In this document: positions 41,180-52,550 of the stretch, one piece after another
How the letters are laid out: each line of letters begins with the position of its first letter
Numbering within the stretch: the first letter of the stretch is position 1
NCBI GenBank assembly: GCA_951406725.2
Contig: OX597823.1
Coordinates: 45,384,001-45,448,000, forward strand
DNA: 64,000 bases
DNA from: Octopus vulgaris
Lineage: Eukaryota
Reading direction: 5' to 3'
The notes under the pieces: generated by a model
The model's input: only the letters and a program-made list of their open reading frames with translations
Database searches by the model: none
Told to the model about the DNA's origin: nothing
Translations under genes and position numbers: made by a program

Positions 41180-41800
41180 AAGGTCGATTTCATTGCGATT
41201 GAAATGCATATCACAAATATTGATTCGTTGTGTTAAATGAATCTCTTTCAATTTATGTGGAACCCAAATATTGAGCTTCTTAATGAGTCCAAGACATTTT
41301 AAGTGATTTTCAATTGCTGAGTGTGATACATTTAACCACTTTGCAATCTCTTGCACAGTTATATGACAATCAGATTCAATTATGGCTTTGATTTGGTCAT
41401 CATCAACTTCAGTTAGTCAACTAGAATACTGGTCATCTTTGAGTGAAAAATCTCCAGAACAGAATTTTTAAAACCATTTCTGACATGTGCATTCTGTTAA
41501 GCAATCAACATCATAAACTTCACATATCTCTTTGTGAGCCCTCAGCAGTTCTCTTGCCTTTACAGAAATAAAAAAGCAAAATATGGCAAAAATGTTCGTT
41601 TCTGCTCTCCATGTTAAAATTGACACTGAACTAAGATTTGTAAACAAAATTACGCACAAATTTGCTTCCAAAATAAGCTAAAGGTAATGGTTGTCAAATG
41701 TCAAAAGGGAAAAAATCATAACATTGAAAAAATCATTCAACATAATCATAACTCTATCTATTTGTGAGAAACGAAATTACTTTCTAGCCAAAACCCAATA
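41180..41800 (-). mobile_element. Mariner 5' half nested in the R4/Dong remnant
   Basis: Peptides RAHKEICEVYDVDCLTECTCQKWF and EIAKWLNVSHSAIENHLKCLGLIKKLNIWVPHKL (WVPHEL motif); TIR-like gaaattactttctagccaaaacccaata ending near 41800. Confidence 0.82.
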
Positions 41801-42050
41801 AAAGAGTATGTGAGAAATAACATAGAAAATCTGATTTTAGCTGCTAGAGGAGATGAGAAAGAAGCTGTGGATATGGCAATGGAATACAAGAAAAGAGGAA
41901 AACAGGAGTGAGAAATAAATATCAGGGGAAAAGGACTACATGGACAACATCTCATTCAAACAGGGCATCACAGCAGAGGAGTCTTGGATATAGCTGAAGA
42001 ACTTAAGAAGGAAATGGATAGATTCATAATGGCTGCTCAAAAGCCAGTCA
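41801..42050 (+). pseudogene. Continuation of the decayed R4/Dong element
   Basis: Degenerate KGLHGQH and SWI*LK..LKKEMDRFIMAAQ parallel WLRSSGLKAETEGFLIAAQ of the 23-kb copy. Confidence 0.62.
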
Positions 42051-42245
42051 TTGTAAATGACATCACTTATGCTAGTATCAAGACATCACTTGTGCTAGTA
42101 TCATAGAAAAATCCCTCAGTAAGTACACCCTATGGTTGGTATCAGGAAGGGCATCCAGAAACCATACCAAAAGCACAGTGCAGTCACCCATCTTTTCAGC
42201 AACAGATTATTGAAATAGAATTTAATTATTAAAAGAATATTTTAC

Positions 42246-42488
42246 CTTGCAGAAATGGCCACAGCCAAGGGTGGTGAAGATTTTATCAATTGATGCATTT
42301 GATGGTAAAGTACAGTTGAAAATACAGAAATGTCGCTTGAGTCTTTCAGGTATGTCATTGCGGCCACCTCCAGGGTGAATCATGGCAGCCAGCATTTGGA
42401 TATCCACAATAGTAGTAAACTCTCCAGGCTTTTCCAGGTTAAAAAACCCATTTGTTTCCATCAATTGTCGTGTGATTTCATTAGTTAC
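42246..42488 (-). CDS. DNAH5: Dynein heavy chain exon 7 (AAA3)
   Basis: [81 protein letters not shown]; tttcAG/GTaaaa; 243 nt. Confidence 0.97.
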
Positions 42489-43491
42489 CTGAAAAAATAA
42501 ACCAAAATTTCATACTCTTTTCCTCTCTCTAAATATTTATACACACACACACATATACACATATACGTATATAGTAGAGGCACATGGCTTAGCTGTCAGG
42601 ATGTTGGACTCATGATTATAAAATTATGGTTTCATTTCTTGGACTGGGCAAAGCACTTCATTTCACATTGCTCCAGTCCACTCAGTAATCCTGTGATGGA
42701 CTGGTGTCCCATCCAGGCAGGAAATTTATACACTGGAGAAACCGAAAAACTGGACTTATGAGTCTGTATGACCCAGGAAGGAACTTTACATTTTACAGAC
42801 ACACACGCAAAATTGTTGGTTTATTTAGAAGAAAGGAATATATATATATATAAATATAAATATATATATATGAGGATTCTTCTCAGAGTCTTTGTGACTC
42901 TCTTAGAATTAAGATCAGTCTTGGATGCTTGCAATCATGTAGGTTTTCATTAAAGACACTTGAGAGTAAGATGACAGAATTAAATTATGGAATGGATTAA
43001 GATTACCACCCAACTGGAAATCTAATAATATAAAAGAGCTCTCTGTTTACTAAAACAGAAAAAAACACCTATTCTTGCAAGTTGATATACACATAATTGA
43101 CTACAAATGCACAAGCAGCACTGATTAAAGCTACTAAAAAACAACAACAAAAATCACTACTGTAAAGGCCCCTGATCCTCTGAGTTACCTGGGCTAATTC
43201 AATCTTCACTCAGATATTTCCAGCCCACTCCTCCTTCCTGTTTTGTTCAAACCTCAGACTTCATTCTAGTCACTATGTCCAATCCTTCCTTTCCAGAACT
43301 CCCTCAATGCTCGTGTGTTTCTTGCAATTGCTGACTTACAACAGTTCAAGAGAAACATGAACAGCATCAATCTCACTGATGTGAGAAGGTTGGCAAACAC
43401 CATAATAGTTTGCTCTTTCCACCAGATCCATTAAGTTAAAAAAACTAATAATAAACAAAAAAGACAATGTAAAGTTACGTTTATGTCTTAC

Positions 43492-43614
43492 CTGGTCACC
43501 CCACTCATTGATGACAGGCATGTTGATGTCATCAACAAAGATGCTGAGCTTTTTTCCTGCTGGAGGTCCATATGTTGTCCCCATTCTCTTGTCAACATAA
43601 CTCTCAATGGTTCG
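43492..43614 (-). CDS. DNAH5: Dynein heavy chain exon 6 (AAA3 Walker B)
   Basis: RTIESYVDKRMGTTYGPPAGKKLSIFVDDINMPVINEWGDQ; gaAG acceptor and GTaaga donor; 123 nt. Confidence 0.95.
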
Positions 43615-43731
43615 CTTCATTTGCAACAAAATAAAATTATATGAATAATTTTATGTCCATGATTTCTTTTTTATATAATTTATTTAATTCTAGTTTCCAC
43701 ATAAAATCACATACCTTCTAGACTGGATTGC

Positions 43732-43766
<35 letters not shown>

Positions 43767-44048
43767 TACTATTATTATTATTAATTATTATTATTATTAC
43801 TTTGTGGTGTTTCATCATAATTATTTTAACCCTTTAATATTTAAACAGGCCATATCCAACCCAGTTTGTTTTATGTTCAAACTGGTGAAATCCAGCCTCT
43901 CACACCTACCCTATAATGTTATTCTAAAAATAACGATCATGTCATTGAAATCTTGAGGCTTTGAGATAATGCATTATTAATTCAAAACAAGAATAGCAAG
44001 AACCACTCTGACAGCAACAAAGAGCAAATTGGTCAAGAGAGAAATTAC

Positions 44049-44159
44049 CTGGAACATAAAAGGTGTTGTGGCACTGGAGAAGCTGAAGCTCTTGAAGAGG
44101 TATTGTTCTGGGTTATATTTACTGCAATATCCCTGAATCATAACAGTTTTTGCTGTCCC
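44049..44159 (-). CDS. DNAH5: Dynein heavy chain exon 5 (rest of AAA3 Walker A)
   Basis: [37 protein letters not shown]; ttgtAG/GTaatt; 111 nt; completes GEQGTAKT. Confidence 0.95.
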
Positions 44160-45989
44160 CTACAAACAGAAGTAGTTCAAAATTTATTGAGTGTTAAAAA
44201 ATTCAGTTACCAGCAAGACTACATAAACAAACATACAAACACTCACACAGGTAATTCCAAATTCCACTATATTGGTTTCAAATTTTGACACAAGGCCAGC
44301 AATTTTTGAGGAGAGGGTAAATCGATTATATCAACCACAGTGCTCAGCTAGTATTTATCAACCCCTAAAGGATGAAAAGCACAGTCGATCTCAGATGGAC
44401 GAAATGCCACTCAGCTTTTTGCCCAGCATGCTAATGATTCTGCCAGCTTGCAGCCTAAGCATATTCCCCTATATCAACTCACATACACACCACATGCCAG
44501 TCCCCACACATGCTGTGTTGGGACCAGCACATCAAAGGACAGACCCAACATTTCCTGTATGTCAAAAAGGCAACTAAAAGAGATCAAGGTAGAATTTACA
44601 CTCCAACTTTGAAAAACCTGCACCGGCAACAACTACCCAAACAGATACATGGGTTGGAGGGTTGCCATTTGAGTGGTGAAATCATCTATCAGGAGTAGTA
44701 CAGAAAAGTGGTGGTGTGTGGTTTAGTGGTTAGGGTGTTGGACTCATGATTATAAGATTGTGGTTTTGATTCCTGGACTGGCTACATGTTGAGTTCTTAA
44801 ACAAAGCACTTTCTTTCACATTACTCCAGTTCATTCAGCTGGCAAAAATGAGTAATCCTGTGATAGATCGGTGTCCCAATCAGTTGGGGAACATATATGC
44901 TATGGAAACCAGGAAAACCAGCCCTTATGCATCAATATATACTTGAGAAGGAAATTTTACTTTACTTTACTTAGTAGTATGGAATCACCTACAAATGATG
45001 GTTGCAACGATGCACTGTTACAACACATGTTCCCATACTACTATTACTACTATGCACCAGTTGTAACAGTCTGTTTGTATTATAGATCTAGCTGTGATCT
45101 TTGCGACTATATTTCAGGCTAATACTTATAAGCACAAATAAGGCAGTGAGTTGGCAGAATCGTTAGCATTCTGGACAAAATGCTTTTTTGTCTTTCTTTA
45201 TGTTCTGAGTTCAAATTCCATCAATATCGACTTTACTTTTCATCCTTTCAGAGTCGATAGCATAAGTACCAGTTGAACACTGGAGTCAATGTAATCGACT
45301 TCCGCCCTTCCCTGAAATTGCTGGCCTTGTGCCAAAACCTGAAGCCAATACTTATATACACTAATACATGCACACATACTAATACATACAGACGAATATA
45401 CATATTCACACACACCTCCTCCTCCTCCTCATTATCATTGTCGTCATCATCTTTTAGCATTCATTTTTCCATGTTAGCATGGGTTAGATGGTTTAACAGG
45501 AGCTGGTAAACAAAAAGACTATGCCAAGCTCTACAGCTTAGCTTTGAAAAGGTTTCTAGAGCTGGATGCCTTTCCTAACACTAACTACTTTACAGAGTGT
45601 ACTAGGCTCTTTTTTATGTGGCACCAGCACCAATGAGGTAACCAAATAACTTGCAAGACAAAATTCCTCAACTAAGAGCGGAGATAAGTATTGAGGGAGG
45701 TAGTTCTGTACCAGGTGATGAGATGTTAAACTATGAAAGTGAGACTGAAGCAGGTGCCTTGTTGTAGAGGAGATACAAGACTTCCTCAGTTAGAGAAGAG
45801 CAAGAGAGAGAGAAAGAATAGTTGCGAAGATGTGTTGGGCTACACTCTCAAGGTACAAGAGCGAAGTGGTACAGTGGACTGGACAGGCTGAGTGGGCAGT
45901 GAGTTTATGAGTGCAAAAAGAGAGTAGGGAATAATGAGAGGTGAACAAGGGTGTGTATATACATATATATATATACATACATACCAAAT

Positions 45990-46300
45990 CTCAAACAGCA
46001 TCTGAGAACAATGACAGTAGCAGCTGACCATTGAAGACAAAGTCTGGCAGTGAAGGCTATAGTGGTTTAGCCATGTCTCCGGTATGAGTGCTGGAAGACT
46101 ACCGCACCAACTTTTGTGGCAGCAGCAATACACACACTGGGAAATCCAGCACAGAACACCAAAGAAGATGTGGGTTAAACAAATTGCAGAAGTCCTGAAG
46201 TTGCAGCACTTCAACCTAGAGCATGTTAAAGTCAGTGCCATGGATTGGAACGTGTGGAATAGCATCATTGCCAGAGTGTGCCATCCAGCACCATCCACAA
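45990..46300 (+). pseudogene. RTE-like LINE ORF2 C-terminal remnant
   Basis: *RL*WFSHVSGMSAGRLPHQLLW...PKKMWVKQI...L...AMDWNVW, matching the RLRWxGHVxRM..RLP...W...A.DR..W pattern. Confidence 0.65.
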
Positions 46301-46340
46301 CAGTGCATGGGTTGAGAAGCATTTCTTCCACTTCAGTTGC

Positions 46341-46560
46341 CAGCAGCAGCAGCAGCAGAAGAAGAAGAAGAAGGAGAGGAGGAGGAGGAGGAGGAGGGGA
46401 GGGTGGGGATGAGGAGAATGAGTATGAGTATGATGATGAGAAGAAGAAGAAGAAGAAGAAGAAGAAGAAGAAGGAAGAGGAGGAGGAGGAGGGTAGGGTG
46501 GGGATAAGGAGAATGAGTATGAGTATGAGTATGATGATGAGAAGAAGAAGAAGAAGAATG
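46341..46560. repeat. Compound trinucleotide repeat (CAG)(GAA)(GGA)
   Basis: Direct reading. Confidence 0.9.
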
Positions 46561-47487
46561 ATCATAAGATTCCACTTAGAAAGTTACCCTCCGAGGCACA
46601 AGTCTGGGCATGCTTGTTTATGGAAGACCAGCAGTCACCCATGCATACTAGCCTTCCCTCTCCATGTCACTGATGTTACCGAAGTGAAAGGCAAAGGCTG
46701 ATACAGCTTGGTACCAGTGATGTCACAGCTCATTTCTACAGCTGAGTGAACTGGAGCAATGTGAAATAAAGCGTCCTGCAATACACAATACACAACCTGG
46801 CTCAGGAATCGAACTCACTACCTCATAATTGCGAACCTGATGCTCTAACTGCTGAGCAATGCACCTTCACTTGTGAGTGTAGTCATGAATATAGTCATGA
46901 GCAGCACAGTTACAACCCAAACAATGTTTCCTGATACACATTGAGGTGATAGGTGAATTCACTATGCAAGTGGCAGAAAATTCCATAGAAAGGTGTACCC
47001 TTATAGCAATTTCCATACCAAATCAGTGTAACATAATGGGACAACTTTGGAACTTTGAATTACAGGAACAATCTAGAGTGAAAGAGAGAAACAGAAAGAG
47101 AACTGACCTCAGTTCTGGATTGGTATTTTTTTATGGACTCTTAAAAGGATAACCGGTAAAGTTGATCATAGCAAGATTTGATCTCAGAAGACAGATAGCC
47201 AGAACAAATATGGCAAAGCATTTTATCTAAGGCTCTAATGATTCTGTTTGTTCACTACCTTTATATTTAGGAATTTCATACACATACACCCGCATTATTA
47301 CATTGCATCTGCTACTATGTTATATAGATATATATATCATGCGTGTATGACATATAAAATTCCTCATGCTACATTTCCTAGACATTGTATATACACTAGT
47401 AATACATATACACCAATACTTAAACACACACACCACTATACACAGATAGCTACACAATTATATATGAGTAACAATTTGTATCCCTAC

Positions 47488-47628
47488 CTGTTCTCCAGTA
47501 AGTAGCACTGCTTTTCCTTGTTTAGAAATGGAACCAATCAAAAAGTCAGTTCTGACATTGTCTACATTTGGTACCAAAATAGCTGTGTACTCTGGTGTGG
47601 AATCAGTTGGGTATATATAAGAAGAAAC
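47488..47628 (-). CDS. DNAH5: Dynein heavy chain exon 4 (start of AAA3, first half of Walker A)
   Basis: [47 protein letters not shown]; ccAG/GTaggg; 141 nt. Confidence 0.96.
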
Positions 47629-47937
47629 CTGGACAATAATAAAAATCAAAAACTGAATCAATTGCCAAAAAAGCAAATGCAATTATAGACCTTAAAACTT
47701 TTTGCTGTCTCAAGGATTTTTTTTGGTAAAAGAATATATAACATTAATCCATATAAATTCCATCGCAGGCCTTGACCAAAGCTACCTGGATCTTCAATGT
47801 TTTTAAAAAGTTGCTTACTCTGCTAGAAGTATTTTATATTTACCTGAAATACATAGTTTGTATCATCATCATAGTTTAAAGTCCGCTGTCCATGCTGGCG
47901 TGGGTTGGTCAGTGTGACCAGAGCTGGCAAGCTAGGG

Positions 47938-48101
47938 GGCTGCATCAGACTCTAATCTGATTTAGCATGGTTTTTACAGCTGGATGCCCTTCTAATGCCA
48001 ACCACTTTGTATAGTATGCTGGATGCTGTAAAGTGGTTGGTGTTAGGAAGGGCATCCAGCTGTAGAAACTATGCTAAATCAGATTGGCGTCTGGTGCAGC
48101 C
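47938..48101. repeat. Inverted repeat (~70-bp arms) formed by a retroposon tail
   Basis: 47938-48008 vs ~48030-48101. Confidence 0.8.
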
Positions 48102-49278
48102 AGACTCTAGTCTTTGAATATGTTATGATCGATTGTATTTAATATAGGGATAAACAGCTACAATTTGTCCTTGTGAACAATAAATTTTGTATCATTTCAG
48201 ATCATAAACACATTTATGTGTGTATACATAAAGGTTAATATTCTCAAACTTCTCCACTCTGCACTGGTCAATACTAAAAATGGCAGAAAGTACCAAAAAA
48301 AAAAGGCAATTGGTATTTAAGTTCCAACTAGTCAGGATTAAATAGCAAATAATCTTCTCTTTGGTTATTGAATATGAACTTTACAGCAGGATTCATGATT
48401 GCCCCAATAATCTCTTTACCAAGTTTTAAGTGAGGGTCACATGTACTAAATATTAAATATTATGGCAGTAAGCCTCATTATAAAAGATAAAATAGAAAGA
48501 GGTGGTCAGAAAGTCAATGAAAGGTTAAAGTTGGAGTTCAATCCTGACCAAGATACTGGACATCTGTGGTGTTTTAAATCAGCACAGGCAAGATGAGGGA
48601 TGTGTGATGTAGACCACTGTTAAATATTTAATCTGCGCTGTTTATAGATAATTTGAATTTTTCCTCACCACATTATGTATGGTGCCACTATGCTGGTTGT
48701 TATTCATATGCTAATATATGCAAATCATATGACTTTTCCAGATACCATCTAAAGTAATAAATGACTGAAGTAAAGAAGCCTTCTTCACAACATATAGCAT
48801 TATGTATATTCCAACTTGCAATCCTATAATTATAAATGATGTAGTAATCAAAGATATTTAATGAAACCCTTAAAATATTAACAAACTTTTAATTACAAAA
48901 CTAAACAAAGAATTAAAACAGAAATAGGAAAATATCATGTTGAGTTATAAGTTGCAATATATTCTGGCAACTTATTTGCTTTATTCAAGTTACATCTAAC
49001 TCAACTTCACATTCAAAGTAGAGGCCATCATGTTGCACTGTCTGAAGTCACCTTTCTGCTAATTCTTTGATCCCGGGTTGATATTACTTCTTGTTCTTTG
49101 AAATGAAGAACTCTTTCACTTTAGCTTCCACCTCATCTTGGTTGATGAAGCGTCATGAGTGCAGAAAGTGAGCCTTGGATGAGAACTTTGAATGCTTGGT
49201 TGCTTTTGTTGTAACTTGACAAATAAAGCATATAAGTTATAGAATTAAAACACTAACACAAGTAAACTTATATACCTA

Positions 49279-49313
<35 letters not shown>

Positions 49314-49314
49314 A

Positions 49315-49388
<74 letters not shown>

Positions 49389-49614
49389 TATATATAACTA
49401 ATGTAGGATAAAATTTTTTTCCCGAAAAAAATTTTATCAATGGCCAGCATATCAAAAAATACCTTTAAAGGTTAAATTTATAAATAATTTACAAAATATG
49501 GGCAAAAGAAAAATTCTAATGCCAAATATGCCGAAAAAAAGACAAAATTGTCAATAACCATTATAATTTATGCGTCTCGAAATAAACTGATAGAAATTTC
49601 TAAAAAATCCGTTA

Positions 49615-49675
49615 TTACCGTATTGGTCCCAATTTCGGTGTTAATTCATAAGAATTTTCCCCTCCTCAGCAATAA
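49615..49675 (-). ncRNA. Type I hammerhead ribozyme (core intact, one stem II mismatch)
   Basis: Minus strand reads ttattg CTGAGGA gggg aaaattcttatgaattaa cacc GAAA ttgg ga ccaa TA cggtaa; stem I ttattg/cggtaa; AUA triplet. Confidence 0.8.
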
Positions 49676-50144
49676 ATACGTGAGATATAAGTGAAATACT
49701 TACTCATACCCATGGAAAAAGCAAGCACGAAGTCCTGAGCAGACCTAAGTACCCCAAATATATCCAAAATAGAAAATCTTCGGCACATCTCGAGACACGT
49801 GTGATTTGAACTAGAAACTTTCACAGAGTGAGAGAATTCGGAAGTGAACACTATTAAATTTATAACTAATGTAGGATAAAATTTTTTTCCTGAAAAAAAT
49901 TTTATCAATGGCCAGCATATCAAAAAATACCTTTAAAGGTTAAACTTATAAATAATTTACAAAATAAAGGCAAAAGAAAAATTCTAATACCAAATATGCC
50001 GAAAAAAATACAAAATTGTCAATAACCATTATAATTTATGCATCTCGAAACAAACCGATAGAAATTTTTTAAAAATTTCTAAAAGGACTTAGTGCTTGCT
50101 TTTCCCATTGGTATGAGTAAGTATTTCACATATATCTCACATAT

Positions 50145-50205
50145 TTATCGTTGAGGAGGGGAAAATTCTTATGAATTAACCCCGAAATTGGGACCAATAC
50201 GGTAA
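50145..50205 (+). ncRNA. Inverted copy of the same hammerhead, core C3->U (probably inactive)
   Basis: ttatcg TTGAGGA gggg...cccc GAAA ttgg ga ccaa TA cggtaa; stems perfect but first core base mutated. Confidence 0.7.
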
Positions 50206-50329
50206 TAACGGATTTTTTAGAAATTTCTATCGGTTTGTTTCGAGATGTATAAATTATAATGGTTATTGACAATTTTGTCTTTTTTTCGGTATATTTGGCA
50301 TTAGAATTTTTCTTTTGCCCTTATTTTGT

Positions 50330-50372
<43 letters not shown>

Positions 50373-50374
50373 AT

Positions 50375-51247
50375 ATAACTTTTTAAATAAGAAAATGAAG
50401 AAAATGTATAAAAATTTATGTACTGATATTTTTATTTAAAGACATTCAAATTCATTTATAGAAACTCCTACATACAGCTATTTCTATACCAAATTCTTTA
50501 ATTTTGGAAATAAAATTCCATATTAGAAACCAGTGAATTCGGTATATCCTCAGGAAGTCATTTAACAATGTATAGGCTAACCTATGACAAACTATGTAGG
50601 TAAAAACTGGTAATAGGTGGGTTCTGTTTGGGTTTACTTTATACATATCAATTGTGTATTTGCATAAACATTGATTGATGTAGCAATTTTGGATGCAGTT
50701 GGATAGAATTTGATATGATATATTTTGTTAATCTGTAGTATTATTGACAGGCATATGCTCAACGAATTGATGTGTCTAGCTGTTCTCTCTTTAACAATCA
50801 ATATATAACATTCTCCTTTATTCACTCATTTTATCTAGCATTCTTTTTCTCTCAATAATGTCTATATCTTAGCTATCATAACACCATCAATGAACTATTG
50901 TGTATCATATTGGCATGAGCAAGGATGTGCTGAATATGTTTATTTTTGTGTATATGTGGTAATGAAGGTTTCTATGGAACACTTGCATTCAGAAAAAAGA
51001 CACACACTTCTGAGTTTAGCATAGGTTAGCCTACATATTGTTAAATAACTTCCTTTTGAAATTCTCCTTAAGGATATACCCAATTCACTGGTTTCAGATA
51101 TGGAATTTTATCTCTGAAATTAAAGAATTGGGCATCGAAACAGCTGTAGGTATGAGCTTCTATGTATAAATTTGAATATCTTTAAATAAAAACATCAGTA
51201 CGCAAATTTTTATCCCTTTCTTCAGTTTCTTATTTAAAAAGTTTTAT
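50375..51247. mobile_element. Penelope-like 3'-end remnant with ~220-bp inverted arms
   Basis: ~50375-50592 and ~51013-51247 are diverged reverse complements, each with a hammerhead remnant; lies between (TA)n tracts. Confidence 0.6.
50473..50553 (-). ncRNA. Decayed hammerhead ribozyme of a third family (inverted partner at ~51066-51150, + strand)
   Basis: CTGAGGA, 12-bp stem II tataccgaattc/gaatttggtata, GAAA, palindromic stem III tagctg (cagctg in the partner), TA; stem I not pairing. Confidence 0.6.
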
Positions 51248-51365
51248 TTAAATACCTATACTAAACTAAATACTAAACTAATGTACTTGTTTTTCTCTGA
51301 ATGTTGGTATAAATAGGATGCTCACATTTTTTAAGGGACTTTAATTCTTTGACTAATTAAGTGAA

Positions 51366-51402
<37 letters not shown>

Positions 51403-51849
51403 AAGAGATAGCTATGACCAGTCTATGGGATTACTCTGGGTTTTATGTCCATAAAGTGCTTAGCTTTATGACATCTTTATGGACATGAGGCCCAGGGTAA
51501 CCCCACAGACTGGCCATAACTATCTATATCTAATTACTCTACTGCTCTATAAGTTAGTGTCTGCTTCTCTTTAGGATGTATGATTTACTGCCAAGCCTTC
51601 TTTTTTCTATCAAGGGTTTATATGCCCCTTTATTAGACTATTTTCCTTAGTAATTGTATAGTGATCGCCATAAGTTTTAAGCTTATACAGAAATACCATT
51701 ATTATTATTTACAGGATTGTAAAAACAGCACCATATAAAAAACCATTTACACCGAAAGCATATATATATATATATATATATAGTAGTAACAGAAAAAAGA
51801 AATTTTGATTATCCCTACGTGGAGATATATATATATATATATATATATA

Positions 51850-52550
51850 TACCAATTAAGGACTGAACACGAAAAGTGGACAGTCAACAGACGTCTATAT
51901 CTAGCATGTTGACTGTCCACTTTTCGTGTTCAGTCCTTAATTGGTATATATAAATATTTTAATCTTCGGATTCTTTTTAATATGCTAGACCACTGGTTTT
52001 AATTGACTAATATCAATTTCTACCCTTAATTAATTTTTAATATAAAATATATGTTCTTAAGCCGATAAATTGACTGCTGCTAATTATTAGCTGCTGGCTG
52101 GTTTTTCGGGTCTCAGCGCGCCAAAAGTAAAGGCATTTGAAAGATACATTCGAACTTAATCGGTTGTACTGTATGCATGCGAAACTCCGGTATCGTTTTT
52201 TGCATCTAGTCCAGCAAATTATGTTCATAACAGACTGTGCTGACGAAGTTACAGATATCCTTGTGATATTAATAACTGAAACTGATCGGTACACAGGTGA
52301 TTATTTCATTTCGTATATTTTCATTTGTCTTATTTATTGCTTTGGTTTGTGCTGAATTTTATTTTATTTGAGAACATAATCTTTGTGGAGAATGGCGATT
52401 TGACGTCTATATCTAGCATGTTGACTGTCCACTTTTCGTGTTCAGTCCTTAATTGGTATATATAAATATTTTAATCTTCGGATTCTTTTTAATATGCTAG
52501 ACCACTGGTTTTAATTGACTAATATCAATTTCTACCCTTAATAAATTTTT
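51850..52550 (+). mobile_element. Non-coding hammerhead-bearing element: 512-bp period direct repeat with short 5' inversion, (TA)n-flanked
   Basis: ~140-bp identical repeats start at 51890 and 52402 (gacgtctatatctagcatg...); 51850-51889 is the reverse complement of ~51908-51947; hammerhead at 52235-52296. Confidence 0.82.
52235..52296 (+). ncRNA. Type I hammerhead ribozyme (intact core)
   Basis: Stem I ctgtg/cacag; core CTGACGA 52240-52246; stem II agtta/taact with inner atatc/gatat hairpin; GAAA 52278-52281; short stem III with palindromic gatc loop; GUA cleavage triplet ending at 52291. Confidence 0.88.

Larger units (their letters stand above)
49393..50336 (-). mobile_element. Non-coding hammerhead-bearing element: 468-bp unit in partial tandem plus inverted copy, (TA)n-flanked
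   Basis: tataactaatgtaggataaaa starts at 49393 and 49861 (period 468); 50084-50336 is the reverse complement of ~49484-49736; TA-rich microsatellites on both sides. Confidence 0.8.

Noticed and set aside
45840-46701. Long ORFs of 241 and 205 aa
   Set aside because: Kept open by trinucleotide repeats; only the first part of the + ORF is a LINE remnant.
51565-51700. ctttagga-tgtatga...ttataca-gaaa, possible eroded hammerhead
   Set aside because: Core mutated and no stem III or stem I; too degenerate to call.
52170-52200. GAAActccggTA, resembling the 3' half of a second hammerhead
   Set aside because: No matching CUGANGA or stem I/II could be built upstream.
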